The translations under genes were made by a program, and so were the position numbers. This document shows positions 10,751 to 20,560 of a stretch of 64,000 nucleotides of DNA, one piece after another. Each line of letters opens with the position of its first letter. Position 1 is the stretch's first letter. The DNA comes from an uncultured beta proteobacterium (GTDB lineage Bacteria; Pseudomonadota; Gammaproteobacteria; Burkholderiales; Burkholderiaceae_F): positions 12,593-76,592 of the forward strand of contig CAVPDC010000024.1 of NCBI GenBank assembly GCA_963702595.1. The letters are read 5' to 3'. Under the pieces are notes generated by a model, which worked only from the letters and a program-made list of their open reading frames with translations, ran no database searches and had not been told where the DNA came from.

Positions 10751-11941
10751 CTACCGCTCTACAGTCAACGCCACGCCCATGCCACCGCCGATACACAGGG
10801 CCGCGAGTCCTTTCTTCGCGTCGCGCCGATTCATCTCGTGCAGCAGCGTGACCAGGACGCGGCAGCCCGAGGCGCCGATCGGGTGGCCAAGCGCGATGGC
10901 GCCGCCGTTGACGTTGATCTTGTCCTTGTGCGGCGCCTTCTCCCACCCAAGGTCCTTGTTCACCGCACAGGCCTGCGCCGCGAACGCTTCGTTCAGTTCC
11001 ATCAGGTCGAGTTGCTCCGCCTTCCAGCCGGACTTCTCGAGCGCCTTGCGCGACGCCGGTGCCGGGCCCATGCCCATCAACGACGGATCGACGCCGGCAG
11101 AGGCGAAGCTCACGATTCGCGCCAGCGGCTTCAGTCCGAGCGCCTTGGCCTTGTCGGCCGACATCACGAGCACGGCGGCCGCGCCATCGTTGATGCCGGA
11201 AGCGTTGCCGGCCGTCACACTGCCCTGCTTGTCGAACGCGGGCTTCAGTCCGGCGAGCACTTCGGCATTGGACTTGCGATTGATGAATTCATCGGTGTCG
11301 AACACGATCGGGTCGCCCTTGCGCTGCGGGATCGTCACCGGGACGATCTCGTCCTTGAACCGCCCTGCGTCCTGGGCGGCGGCCGCCTTGGTCTGCGATG
11401 CCAATGCCAGTGCATCCTGCGCGGCACGATCGATGCCGTGCGCCTTGGCCACGTTCTCCGCGGTGATTCCCATGTGGTACTGGTTGTAGACGTCCCACAG
11501 GCCGTCGACGATCATGCTGTCGATGATCTTCGCATCGCCCATGCGGAAGCCGTCACGCGAGCCCAGCATCACGTGCGGCGACGCGCTCATGTTCTCCTGC
11601 CCGCCCGCGATGACGATCTGCGCGTCGCCGTTGCGGATTGCCTGCGCTGCCAGCATCACGGCCTTGAGCCCGGAACCGCAGACCTTGTTGATCGTCATCG
11701 CCGGCACTGTCACCGGCAGCCCGGCCTTGATGGCGGCCTGGCGCGCAGGGTTCTGGCCGCTGCCGGCCGTCAGCACCTGCCCCAGAATCACCTCGTCGAC
11801 CTGATCGGCCGCCACGCCGGCACGGCGCAGGACTTCCTTGATGACGATGGCACCGAGCTCGGGCGCGGGGATCTTGGCGAGCGCGCCGCCGAACTTTCCG
11901 ATGGCGGTCCGTGCGGCCGCGACGATGACTGCTTCGGTCAT
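10751..11941 (-). CDS. phaA: Acetyl-CoA acetyltransferase (beta-ketothiolase)
   Basis: 396 aa with thiolase motifs ([19 protein letters not shown]). Lies in a phaCAB arrangement. Confidence 0.95.
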   Translation of the reverse strand: MTEAVIVAAARTAIGKFGGALAKIPAPELGAIVIKEVLRRAGVAADQVDEVILGQVLTAGSGQNPARQAAIKAGLPVTVPAMTINKVCGSGLKAVMLAAQAIRNGDAQIVIAGGQENMSASPHVMLGSRDGFRMGDAKIIDSMIVDGLWDVYNQYHMGITAENVAKAHGIDRAAQDALALASQTKAAAAQDAGRFKDEIVPVTIPQRKGDPIVFDTDEFINRKSNAEVLAGLKPAFDKQGSVTAGNASGINDGAAAVLVMSADKAKALGLKPLARIVSFASAGVDPSLMGMGPAPASRKALEKSGWKAEQLDLMELNEAFAAQACAVNKDLGWEKAPHKDKINVNGGAIALGHPIGASGCRVLVTLLHEMNRRDAKKGLAALCIGGGMGVALTVER

Positions 11942-12013
11942 GAAATGACTCCGTGGTGAGTGCTGATGCGACGGCAGGCCTGATGCCCGCCGTCGAAGGA
12001 TGCTAGCGCGGTC

Positions 12014-13894
12014 CTATGCCTTTTCCTTGACGTAGATCCCGGGTGCCGGCACGGTCGGCTTGTAATTGACATTGCCATATTGCTTTGGTGCCGGCTTGAG
12101 CGACCCCGAGTAGCGCGCCAGCCACCGGCTCCAGTCCGGCCACCAGCTGCCCGGATGCTCCACCGCACTGTTGAACCAGGCATCGGAGTTGGCTGGCAAC
12201 GTGTCGTCAGCTCCCGCCCAGTAGTTGCGCTTGTTCTTCGTCGGCGGATTGATCGTGCCGGCGATGTGTCCGCTGGCGCCCAGCACGTATCGCACGCCGC
12301 CCGCCTTGCCGCCGCCCGGCAGAGTGCGTGCCGAGGCGTACGCCGCCTTCCACGGCACGATGTGATCTTCCTTCGCGGCAAAAACGTACGTCGGGACCTG
12401 GATCCGGCCGAGGTCGACCGGCTGCCCGCAGGTGTGCAGCTTGCCCGGGACGCGCAGGTTGTTCTCGAGGTACATGTTGCGCAGGTACCAGGAATACATC
12501 GGGCCTGGAAGGCTGGTGCTGTCGCCGTTCCAGTAGAGCAGGTCGAATGCGGGCGGCGACTTGCCCTCAAGGTAGTTGCTGACGACGTAGTTCCAGACCA
12601 GATCGTTAGGACGCAGGCTCGAGAACGTGTTGCCAAGTTCGAGCCCCGGCATGATGCCGCCACGCGCGAACTGCTGCTCGCGCAGGCGCACCTGGGCCTC
12701 GTCGATGAAGACATCGAGCACGCCCGCGTCCTCGAAGTCGAGCAGCGCCGTCATCATCGTGAGGCTCGTGAGCGGCTGTTCGCCGCGCGCGTACATCACA
12801 GCCAGCGCATTAGCGATCAACGTGCCGCCGACACAGAAGCCGAGCGCATTGATCTGCTTGCTGCCCGTGATCTCCTGCACACTGTGGATCGCGGTGATGA
12901 CGCCCTTATCGAGGTAGTCGTCCCAGGTGACATGGGCCTCGGGCTGCTTCGGGTTCTTCCAGGAGACCACGAACACCGTGTGGCCCTGCTCGACCGCGTA
13001 GCGGATGAACGAGTTCTCGGGTTGCAGGTCGAGGATGTAGAACTTGTTGATGCACGGCGGCACCATGAGGAACGGCCGCGAGTAGACCTTCTCGGTCAGG
13101 GGCTTGTACTGGATCAGCTCGAACAGCTGGTTCGTGAAGACGACCCGCCCCTCACTGGTTGCGACGTTGCGCCCGACCTCGAAGGCGCTCTCATCGGTCA
13201 TCGAGATCTTGCCTTTGCCGATGTCATTCAGCAGATTGTCGAGTCCGGCCTTGAGACTTTCACCGCTCGTCTCGAGCAGGGTCTGCTGCGCTTTCGGATT
13301 GAAGGCAAAGAAGTTTGCCGGCGAAACCGCGTCGACCCACTGAGACACTGCGAACTTCACGCGCTTGCGCGTCTTCTTGTCGCCCTGGACGCTGTCGGCC
13401 AGGCGGTTCATGAACTCGGAGTTCAACAGGTACGTGCGCGCGTAGAACGACGCGAGCGAGTTCTTCTGCCAGCTCGGGTCCGAGAAGCGCGGGTCGGATA
13501 TCGGCGCGGTCGTACGCTCCGGATGCGTGAAGAAGTCGTTCCACAGTCCGGTCAGCTGCTGGACGTAGTCCTGCTGCATCTCGAGCAGCCTCTCCGGCCC
13601 GAGCGGCATCGCGTTCACCTGCGGCAATGACGATTGCTGCAGCCACGGCAGCGAAAAGTTAAAGGGCTCCATGCTGCCAAGCGCGTACACGGCGCCGTGC
13701 TTTTCTGCGGACGCACTCTTCGGTGCCGCGGACGTCGACTCGCCCGATACCGCCGGCCCGCCGCGACGGACTGCCGCGGACTTGGCCTTCGCCTTGGAGA
13801 CACGCTTGCGGGCGCGTCGCGGCGTGCTGGCGGATTTGCCACGAGTGCCGCCTGCTGCGGTCCGGGTTGCGCGTCCGACCTTTGAAGTCGCCAT
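12014..13894 (-). CDS. phaC: Class I poly(3-hydroxyalkanoate) synthase with a basic Lys/Arg/Ala-rich N-terminal tail
   Basis: Strong identity with Cupriavidus PhaC as recalled (PPCINKFYILDLQPENS, lipase box GFCVGG, HIAGTINPP). I chose the ATG at 13894 because GGAGGAG precedes it. The track ORF extension to 14161 overlaps pgeF. Confidence 0.9.
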   Translation of the reverse strand: MATSKVGRATRTAAGGTRGKSASTPRRARKRVSKAKAKSAAVRRGGPAVSGESTSAAPKSASAEKHGAVYALGSMEPFNFSLPWLQQSSLPQVNAMPLGPERLLEMQQDYVQQLTGLWNDFFTHPERTTAPISDPRFSDPSWQKNSLASFYARTYLLNSEFMNRLADSVQGDKKTRKRVKFAVSQWVDAVSPANFFAFNPKAQQTLLETSGESLKAGLDNLLNDIGKGKISMTDESAFEVGRNVATSEGRVVFTNQLFELIQYKPLTEKVYSRPFLMVPPCINKFYILDLQPENSFIRYAVEQGHTVFVVSWKNPKQPEAHVTWDDYLDKGVITAIHSVQEITGSKQINALGFCVGGTLIANALAVMYARGEQPLTSLTMMTALLDFEDAGVLDVFIDEAQVRLREQQFARGGIMPGLELGNTFSSLRPNDLVWNYVVSNYLEGKSPPAFDLLYWNGDSTSLPGPMYSWYLRNMYLENNLRVPGKLHTCGQPVDLGRIQVPTYVFAAKEDHIVPWKAAYASARTLPGGGKAGGVRYVLGASGHIAGTINPPTKNKRNYWAGADDTLPANSDAWFNSAVEHPGSWWPDWSRWLARYSGSLKPAPKQYGNVNYKPTVPAPGIYVKEKA

Positions 13895-13957
13895 GTCTCC
13901 TCCGGTGTTGGTGGCCGGTGGACCGAATGATCCCTGCGGCTCTAGCTCAGTCTTGCG

Positions 13958-13986
13958 ATTCTCCACAAGGCGCGGAGCATGGTCAA
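13958..13986 (-). promoter_or_regulatory. Candidate sigma70 promoter for phaC (TTGACC-N17-GAGAAT)
   Basis: The minus strand reads ttgacc atgctccgcgccttgtg gagaat, about 65 nt upstream of the phaC ATG. This is a motif match only. Confidence 0.3.
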
Positions 13987-14048
13987 ACCAGTCATTCCAC
14001 CAGTCCCATCCGTTTGCAGTCGGCTCGTTCGACTCGTGAGACGGTGCA

Positions 14049-14813
14049 CTAGCGATCGATCCAGACCAGGGCTGCATGGCGGCCCGTGACGCGGTCGCGC
14101 CGGTGACTGTAGAAGCGGTCGGGGTCGCAGTATGTGCAGACGCCGCCACCGAACACTGCATCGACCCCTGCTGCGGCCAGCGCCATGCGGCCGAGCGCGA
14201 ACAGGTCAGCGCGATACTTGCCCGTGCCGGCAGGCACGAAAGCCGCTGCCGCGCCCTGCAGGCCCGCCGTCATTGCCTGCAGCACGTCGCCTCCGACCTC
14301 GAAGTGATCCGGCCCGATGGCGGGTCCGAGATAGGCGATGAGCCGCGCGTCCGGCTCGCCCAGCCGACCCCGCATCGCCCGGACCGTGGCCTGCAGGATG
14401 CCCGCCGCGAGGCCGCGCCAACCGGCGTGTGCCACGCCCACACAACGACCGCGTTCGTCAGCGAGCAGCACCGGCATGCAGTCGGCCACCATGACCACCG
14501 CCACCGTTCCGGGTTGGTCGGTCACCGCTGCGTCCGCTTCCACGATCCCGTCCACTGTGGCGGCGTCGACCACCTGCGGACCGTGCACCTGCCTGAGCCA
14601 GCGCGGCTCGCCGGGCAGCGATTCGCGCAGGCATGCGCGGTTGGCAGCGACGACGGAGACGTCATCACCGGATCCGAGGCCGAGGTTCATGCCGCCGCCA
14701 CCGCCTGGTGCACCGTAGGCGCCGGTCGAAGCGCCACCCACGCGCGTCGTGATGATTGCCCTCACGCGGGGCGGCATGGGCCAGTCAGGGCGGATCCATT
14801 CGGCTGACGTCAT
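14049..14813 (-). CDS. pgeF: Peptidoglycan editing factor PgeF (YfiH/laccase-domain, DUF152)
   Basis: 254 aa with RQVHG...HAGWRG motifs. ATGA overlap with the upstream rluD, as in the E. coli rluD-yfiH pair. Confidence 0.9.
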   Translation of the reverse strand: MTSAEWIRPDWPMPPRVRAIITTRVGGASTGAYGAPGGGGGMNLGLGSGDDVSVVAANRACLRESLPGEPRWLRQVHGPQVVDAATVDGIVEADAAVTDQPGTVAVVMVADCMPVLLADERGRCVGVAHAGWRGLAAGILQATVRAMRGRLGEPDARLIAYLGPAIGPDHFEVGGDVLQAMTAGLQGAAAAFVPAGTGKYRADLFALGRMALAAAGVDAVFGGGVCTYCDPDRFYSHRRDRVTGRHAALVWIDR

Positions 14814-15883
14814 GCTTCGCCTGGCAGGGTGGCGGGCCGGTCCGTCGGCCCGAACCCCAGCGACAGCATCAGCTCGGCCAGGTCAGCCGGCGGCGCACGA
14901 AACCACTGCATCGGCTTCCGCGTACGCGGGTGCTCGAGCCCGAGGCGGCACGCGTGCAGCGCCTGTCGGCCGAAGGCACGCCATGCAACCGCCGAGTCCG
15001 GCGACGGCAGCCTGCGCCTGTAGACCGGATCGCCAAGCAGCGGGTGGCCGAGATGCTCCAGATGCACGCGTATCTGGTGCGTGCGGCCCGTATCGAGGCG
15101 GCACGTGAGCCAGGACAGTGTCGCATTGCCTTGGCGAACCGTCGCCAGGTTCCAGTACTGCGTACGCGCCGAACGCGCATTGGACGCGTGGCTGACCTTG
15201 AAGCGCAGCGGGTTGCGCGGATCACGTCCAATAGGCGCATCGACGGTGCCGTGGCGCCGCGGCTCCCCAATGACGATGGCCCAGTATTCGCGTCGCACGG
15301 TGCGCGCCTGCAACTGGCGCACGAGATCGGCCTGCGCCGCCAATGTGCGCGCGACGACCATCAGGCCCGAGGTCCCGGCGTCGAGTCTATGCACGATGCC
15401 AGCGCGCGGCACGTCAGCAAGTTCCGGGGCATAGGCAAGAAGCCCGTTGAGCAGCGTGCCGGACCAGTGTCCCGCCGCGGGGTGGACCACCAGGCCGGGC
15501 GGCTTGTCGATGACGAGCATGTCCGCGTCCTCAAACAGCACGGCGAGCGGCATCGGCTCCGGCCGGTATGCCTTGGCGTCGGGCGCAGGCTGCGGTTCGA
15601 GCTCGACGAGATCGCCGGTCGCCAGTTCGTGCCGCGGACGGACGACGGCGCCGTTGACGCGCACCGCGCCGTCTTCCACCCACTGCTTGAGGCGGGTGCG
15701 CGAAATGTCAGGCATCCAACGCGCGAGCGCCTTGTCGAGCCGTTCCCCAGCCAGCGCGGGATCTACGCTGAAGCGACGCCGCGAATCGACTTCGCTATCG
15801 TCGATCAGCAGGTCCGCTTCGTCTTCCGCGACCGGGTCAACCGAGAGCGAACCGTATACTTCAGCGCTGGACAACAGGAGCAC
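14810..15883 (-). CDS. rluD: 23S rRNA pseudouridine(1911/1915/1917) synthase RluD
   Basis: S4 domain plus the RluA-family catalytic motif HRLDAGTSGLMVVA. GTG start at 15883, because no in-frame ATG lies between the track ORF's own start (upstream, inside the bamD coding region) and the S4 domain. Divergent from bamD as in enterics. Confidence 0.88.
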   Translation of the reverse strand: MLLLSSAEVYGSLSVDPVAEDEADLLIDDSEVDSRRRFSVDPALAGERLDKALARWMPDISRTRLKQWVEDGAVRVNGAVVRPRHELATGDLVELEPQPAPDAKAYRPEPMPLAVLFEDADMLVIDKPPGLVVHPAAGHWSGTLLNGLLAYAPELADVPRAGIVHRLDAGTSGLMVVARTLAAQADLVRQLQARTVRREYWAIVIGEPRRHGTVDAPIGRDPRNPLRFKVSHASNARSARTQYWNLATVRQGNATLSWLTCRLDTGRTHQIRVHLEHLGHPLLGDPVYRRRLPSPDSAVAWRAFGRQALHACRLGLEHPRTRKPMQWFRAPPADLAELMLSLGFGPTDRPATLPGEA

Positions 15884-15891
15884 CCTGAGAG

Positions 15892-16692
15892 ATGGTTGGT
15901 TTCGATTCCTGGACGGCGCCGCTGCTGCGGCGCATCGCGATCGTGCTCGCGGCGCTCGCCCTCGGAGGGTGCAGCTGGCTCGGGATGGACGAGCTATTCC
16001 AGAAGGACAACACGGCCAAGTGGGACGCGGATCGATTGTACTCGGAGGCACGCGCCGAACTGTCAGCCGGCAACTGGGTCAAGGCGCGCGAGTACTACCA
16101 GAAGCTGGAAGCGCGTTATCCCTTCGGTCGGCATGCGCAACAGGCGCTGATGGAGATCGCCTACACCTACTACAAGGAGGGCGAGACCGCGCAGGCCGTC
16201 CAGACGGCGGACCGCTTCATCCGCCAGTATCCAAACAATCCCAACGTCGACTACATGTATTACCTGAAGGGACTGGCCGGATTCGGCGAGGAAGCGGGCC
16301 TGCTCGGGCGTTTGATCTCGCAGGACATCTCGCAGCGTGACGCGAAAGGTGCACGGGAGTCGTACGACGCCTTCCGCGAACTGGTCACGCGCTACCCGGA
16401 CAGCAAGTACGCCGATGACGCGCGCGCCCGCATGCGCTACCTGATCAACTCGCTTGCCAAGGCAGAACTGAGCGCCGCCAATTTCTACTATGTGCGCAAG
16501 GCTTATATCGCCGCCATCCAGCGGGCGCAGATCGTCGTTCGGGACTTCCAGACATCGCCGGCGGCGGAGGACGCGCTGATCCTGATGGCGAAGTCCTACC
16601 AGGCGCTGGAGATGCCCGATCTGCAGGCCGACGTCGAACGCGTTCTCGCGCTCAACTTTCCGGAAAGCCAGTACCTGCGCGCCCGTCGCTGA
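15892..16692 (+). CDS. bamD: Outer membrane protein assembly factor BamD (YfiO/ComL) lipoprotein
   Basis: 266 aa. Lipobox LALGGCS. TPR-like repeats. Conserved divergent synteny with rluD. Confidence 0.9.
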   Translation: MVGFDSWTAPLLRRIAIVLAALALGGCSWLGMDELFQKDNTAKWDADRLYSEARAELSAGNWVKAREYYQKLEARYPFGRHAQQALMEIAYTYYKEGETAQAVQTADRFIRQYPNNPNVDYMYYLKGLAGFGEEAGLLGRLISQDISQRDAKGARESYDAFRELVTRYPDSKYADDARARMRYLINSLAKAELSAANFYYVRKAYIAAIQRAQIVVRDFQTSPAAEDALILMAKSYQALEMPDLQADVERVLALNFPESQYLRARR

Positions 16693-18726
16693 TCACTCTG
16701 CCGGTGCGCGGCGCCGTGTCAGGAAATCGATCGCCTCGTGCTCGCTACGCGTTCGCGTGAAGGGCGGCAGGCTTGACAGCACGGTACGGCCGTAGGATTT
16801 CGTCAGCACGCGCTCGTCAAGAATCATCAGTACGCCGCGATCATGTTCGTCGCGGATCAGGCGACCGGCGCCCTGCTTCAGCAGCATCACCGCCTCGGGC
16901 AACTGGTACTCGTTGAAGGGATTGCGTCCGGCGCGCCGCAAAAGGCGGATCTTGGCGTCGACAACGGGATCGTCGGGTGGGGCGAATGGCAGCTTGTCGA
17001 TGACGACCAGCGACAGCGCATCACCACGGATGTCGATGCCTTCCCAGAAGGTGACGCTGCCAACCAGCACGGCATTGCCGGCGCCCCGGAATCCGTCCAG
17101 CAAGGCACGCCGGCTGCCGGTGCCCTGCACGAACAGCGGCAACGGCAGCGCATCTTGGTCCATCAGCTGCTGCAGGCGCGCAGAGACGCGATCGACGGCC
17201 CGCAGGGTCGTGCAGAGCAGAAACGCTCGCCCACCGTTGGCCTTGACGAGCGGCCACGCCGCCTCCGCGACCCGTTCCGGGAAGCGGGTGTCATAGGGCG
17301 ACGGCATCGACGGCGGAAGATAGAGAAGTGCCTGCCGGGCAAAATCGAATGGACTCTCCCAGCGCGCCGTCTGCACGTCGTCGATGCCGAGTTCGGAGAG
17401 ATAGTGGTCGAAGCGGCCGCCAGTGGTCAGCGTCGCCGAGGTCAGGATCCATGCCTGCGACTGCGCCGCGCGCGCGCGCGCCAGGGCATGGCCGGCGGCA
17501 AGCGGTGTCTTGTGGAACTGCGCTCCGTGCGCCGTGACCGAGATCCAGCGCACGGTCGGCTCCGCGGCCGGGTCTGGCGGAACACCGTCATCGTCGGCGC
17601 CGGTGCGCAACGCGTCCTGCCAGTCACTCAGGGCGCGCCTGAGCTCCGCCACGCGCGGTCCGATCAGGTCGAGCTCGGGATCACGGCCACGATTGATTTC
17701 CACCGCGCGCGCGAGTTCGGCCACCTCCCGGTCCACTTCTGCTAGCGATTCCAGCAAACGGCCGGCGTGCGGCAGGCGCGCCAGCGGCACGCGCGCTCCG
17801 GCTGCGAGGCCCAGATCAGCGAGGGCAAGCCGGACGTCCCGCACGGCGCGCTCGAGGCGGGATGTCAGCGTCGTCCACGAAGCGCCGTCGGAGGCACGTG
17901 CGAGGCCGAGTGCGCGGCAGTCGCGCGCCAGCTCGAGCCACTGCGCGAGTGACAGCGAGCTGCCGAAGAAGTCAGCCGCGATATCCGGTAACTGATGCGC
18001 CTCGTCCAGCACAACCGTGTCGACCGTCGGCAGGAAATCCCGGATGGCGTCGTCACGCAGCGCGAGATCGGCCAGGAACAGATGATGGTTGACGACGACA
18101 ATGTCGGCGGCCTGTGCCTCGCGCCGCGCCTTGAAGACAAAGCACTCCGTCAGGCGCGGGCACTCGGCGCCGAGGCAGTTGTCGCGCGTCGACGTGGCCA
18201 GCGGCCAGATGGCTGCGCTCTCGGGGACTTCGGCGAGTTCCGCGCGATCGCCGCTCGTCGTCGTGCCGGCGAAGCGCAGGACCGCGCGGAGCTGCCGGGC
18301 ATCTTCGCGCGTCGCGACCAGGGCATCCGCTTCCGCCCGCGCCAGGCGATACAGGCAAAGATAGTTGGCGCGCCCCTTGAGCAGCGCCGTAGCCGCGTTC
18401 AGTTTCAATGCCTTGAGCACTGCCGGCAGGTCCTTGCGATAGAGCTGGTCCTGCAGCGGCTTGGTGCCGGTCGAAATGAGCAGCTTGCCGCCGGCGAGCA
18501 GCGCCGGGACGAGATAGGCAAAGGTCTTGCCGGTGCCAGTGCCCGCCTCGGCCACGAGCGTTCCACCGTGTTCTATGACCCGGTGCACGGCGGCTGCCAT
18601 CTCGGCCTGGGAGCCACGCGGCACGAAACCCGGCACCGCAGACGCGAGCGCGCCGTCGGCTGCGAAGGCCTGCGTGACTTGAATGTTTGTGGAAGGAGCG
18701 GCCGCCCCCGTGGCGGGCCGACTCAC
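16693..18726 (-). CDS. ATP-dependent DNA helicase, DinG/YoaA (XPD-like Fe-S) family
   Basis: 677 aa. Walker A AGTGTGKTFAYL, DEAH box VLDEAHQL and a Cys cluster CLGAECPRLTECF. The GTG start overlaps the stop of the upstream DUF465 gene. Confidence 0.85.
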   Translation of the reverse strand: MSRPATGAAAPSTNIQVTQAFAADGALASAVPGFVPRGSQAEMAAAVHRVIEHGGTLVAEAGTGTGKTFAYLVPALLAGGKLLISTGTKPLQDQLYRKDLPAVLKALKLNAATALLKGRANYLCLYRLARAEADALVATREDARQLRAVLRFAGTTTSGDRAELAEVPESAAIWPLATSTRDNCLGAECPRLTECFVFKARREAQAADIVVVNHHLFLADLALRDDAIRDFLPTVDTVVLDEAHQLPDIAADFFGSSLSLAQWLELARDCRALGLARASDGASWTTLTSRLERAVRDVRLALADLGLAAGARVPLARLPHAGRLLESLAEVDREVAELARAVEINRGRDPELDLIGPRVAELRRALSDWQDALRTGADDDGVPPDPAAEPTVRWISVTAHGAQFHKTPLAAGHALARARAAQSQAWILTSATLTTGGRFDHYLSELGIDDVQTARWESPFDFARQALLYLPPSMPSPYDTRFPERVAEAAWPLVKANGGRAFLLCTTLRAVDRVSARLQQLMDQDALPLPLFVQGTGSRRALLDGFRGAGNAVLVGSVTFWEGIDIRGDALSLVVIDKLPFAPPDDPVVDAKIRLLRRAGRNPFNEYQLPEAVMLLKQGAGRLIRDEHDRGVLMILDERVLTKSYGRTVLSSLPPFTRTRSEHEAIDFLTRRRAPAE

Positions 18727-18920
18727 GCCGGAATGTCGGGGACCAGGTGCATTTCGAGCAAACGCACCGAGTCCTTGATCTGCAGCTTGCGCTTCTTCAT
18801 CCGTCGCAACGCCAGTTCATCAACGCCAGGCTGCAACGCGAGCCGCTCGATCGCCTCGTCGAGATCGCGGTGCTCGATCTGCAGCTCGATGATGCGCCGC
18901 TTGATGTCGTCCTGGTCCAT
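18723..18920 (-). CDS. YdcH/DUF465 family small coiled-coil protein
   Basis: 65 aa: MDQDDIKRRIIELQIEHRDLDEAIERL...LRRMKKRKLQIKD, which is the typical DUF465 pattern. Confidence 0.75.
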   Translation of the reverse strand: MDQDDIKRRIIELQIEHRDLDEAIERLALQPGVDELALRRMKKRKLQIKDSVRLLEMHLVPDIPA

Positions 18921-19027
18921 TCTCAGTGCGAATCGTCAAAGTGGGCCTGAAAAGGGCACGGTACCCGGCGCTCGGCAGTGCACGAGAGCGCCGATGATAG
19001 ACTTCCTTTAAAGACCAATCGACCCGC

Positions 19028-19804
19028 GTGTCCAGCTTCAAAGTCAACGTCTGCGTCGCCCAGCACATCGGGGACAGGCAGGAACAACAAGACCGCGCAG
19101 CCATCATCACGAGCCCGCGTAATCCGGGCGCCATGCTCGCGATCGTCGCAGACGGCATGGGAGGGCGGACCGGCGGTAGGTTGGCCTCTGACCAGGTCGT
19201 CAGCACGGCCGAAAACCTCTTCAAGGATATGACGGACCGGGACTCGACGTACCGGGACATGCTGCTGCACCTTGCGGCCGAAGCGCACACCGTCATCCGC
19301 CTGACTGCGATCGCCGCCGAAAAGGAGCCGCACAGCACGCTGTGCGCCCTCATCATCAAAAAGAATTACGCGATCTGGGCGAACGCCGGTGACAGCCGTC
19401 TGTACTTCTTCCGCAGCGGACGACTGGTCCATCGCACCGAGGACCACACCTACGCTGAACAGCTTCGGCTGGAAGGCCGTCACGAAGACGCGGAACTCGC
19501 TGCCGTCCGCTACAAGAACATCCTGGTGAGCGCCCTGGGGATCAACAAGAAGCCCAAGGTCGCCATCGGCGAGGAAAACGCCCTGCGCGAGGGCGACATG
19601 TTCCTGCTGGCGAGCGATGGGCTTTGGGCGTACTTCGAGGACAACGAACTCTGCGAGATTCTCTACAGCCAGCCACCGCGCGAGGCCTCGGAGCGCCTCG
19701 TTTCGCTGGCCCGGGAGCGCGCCGAGGGGCGCGGCGACAACTTGTCTATCGTGATCATCCGCCTGGATCCGCAGCCCAAGCAGGCGCTGCGCGGCCAGTC
19801 CTAG
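19028..19804 (+). CDS. PP2C-family Ser/Thr protein phosphatase
   Basis: 258 aa. PP2C motifs RQEQQD, VADGMGG, GDSRLY, LLASDGLW. GTG start. No kinase gene nearby. Confidence 0.8.
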   Translation: MSSFKVNVCVAQHIGDRQEQQDRAAIITSPRNPGAMLAIVADGMGGRTGGRLASDQVVSTAENLFKDMTDRDSTYRDMLLHLAAEAHTVIRLTAIAAEKEPHSTLCALIIKKNYAIWANAGDSRLYFFRSGRLVHRTEDHTYAEQLRLEGRHEDAELAAVRYKNILVSALGINKKPKVAIGEENALREGDMFLLASDGLWAYFEDNELCEILYSQPPREASERLVSLARERAEGRGDNLSIVIIRLDPQPKQALRGQS

Positions 19805-20529
19805 CGCGTCGCCGAGGCAGCGGCCTCTTCAGCGCGCTTGCGCAGCGCTTCGCGCTCGGCCTCTTTCTTTTCCAGGGTCTGCTTGCGCTCAAGTCGCCGG
19901 GCTTCACGCTTCTTGCGCTCCGCCTCGGCATCCACCGCCCGCTTGGCGGCGTCAGCCTGCTTCTGCTGATACTCGGCCGCGTTCTGCGCGCGGGTGGCCG
20001 CATCCTGCCGTTCCTTCGCGATCCGGGCGGCATGCTCCTGCTGCTTGCGTTCGTATTCCGCCCGGCTCTGTGCGGCTTCCTCGGGAGACTTGCCCGAACT
20101 CCTAGTCGACGCTTCCGCTCCGCGTTGCTCCGCCTGCTTGCGCGCGGCCGCCTCCTTCTCGGCTCGCCCGGCTTCCTGCGCCGCCCGCCGCTTGTCCTCC
20201 TCCGCGCGGCGCCTGGCCAGCTCCTCCTGATCGAGGCGGCGCTTCGTGTCCTTGGCTTCCAGCTCGATGCGCTGCACATCGCGTCGCGCGAGTTCGCGCT
20301 CGCGCCTCACCTTCTCGCGACAATCGTTGACAAGGACCGTGCGGTAGCACTCGGTATCGCGCGCATCAAAGAGCTTCGTCTGCCGCTCCTCCTCCTGCCG
20401 AGCCGCCTTGATGACAGCGTCGGCTTGCTCGCGCGTCGTGATGCTGCCCGCCGGGAAGCGCGTGGCGAAATCCTCACCGCGGGCGTAGCCCGTCAGCAGG
20501 AGGAGAATGACAAGGATCAGCAGGCGCAT
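19801..20529 (-). CDS. Secreted hypothetical protein with a long charged E/R/A/K coiled-coil
   Basis: The ATG at 20529 gives the signal peptide MRLLILVILLLLTGYARG. A Cys pair (ECYRTVLVNDC) is followed by about 170 aa of ERKA-rich helix. GC3 supports this strand over the antisense ORF 19624..20538. Confidence 0.55.
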   Translation of the reverse strand: MRLLILVILLLLTGYARGEDFATRFPAGSITTREQADAVIKAARQEEERQTKLFDARDTECYRTVLVNDCREKVRRERELARRDVQRIELEAKDTKRRLDQEELARRRAEEDKRRAAQEAGRAEKEAAARKQAEQRGAEASTRSSGKSPEEAAQSRAEYERKQQEHAARIAKERQDAATRAQNAAEYQQKQADAAKRAVDAEAERKKREARRLERKQTLEKKEAEREALRKRAEEAAASATR

Positions 20530-20560
20530 GTGCAATGAACGTCCGAGGCGTCGATTCCGT

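Noticed and set aside
13895-14161. Longer PhaC start (715-aa ORF)
   Set aside because: The extension overlaps the pgeF coding region and has no RBS. The ATG at 13894 has a GGAGGAG Shine-Dalgarno sequence.
19624-20538. A 304-aa plus-strand ORF overlapping the coiled-coil gene
   Set aside because: It is a Leu/Arg/Ala low-complexity mirror of the GAA/GCG/CGC-rich minus-strand gene. The minus-strand product has a signal peptide and coherent heptad-like composition.
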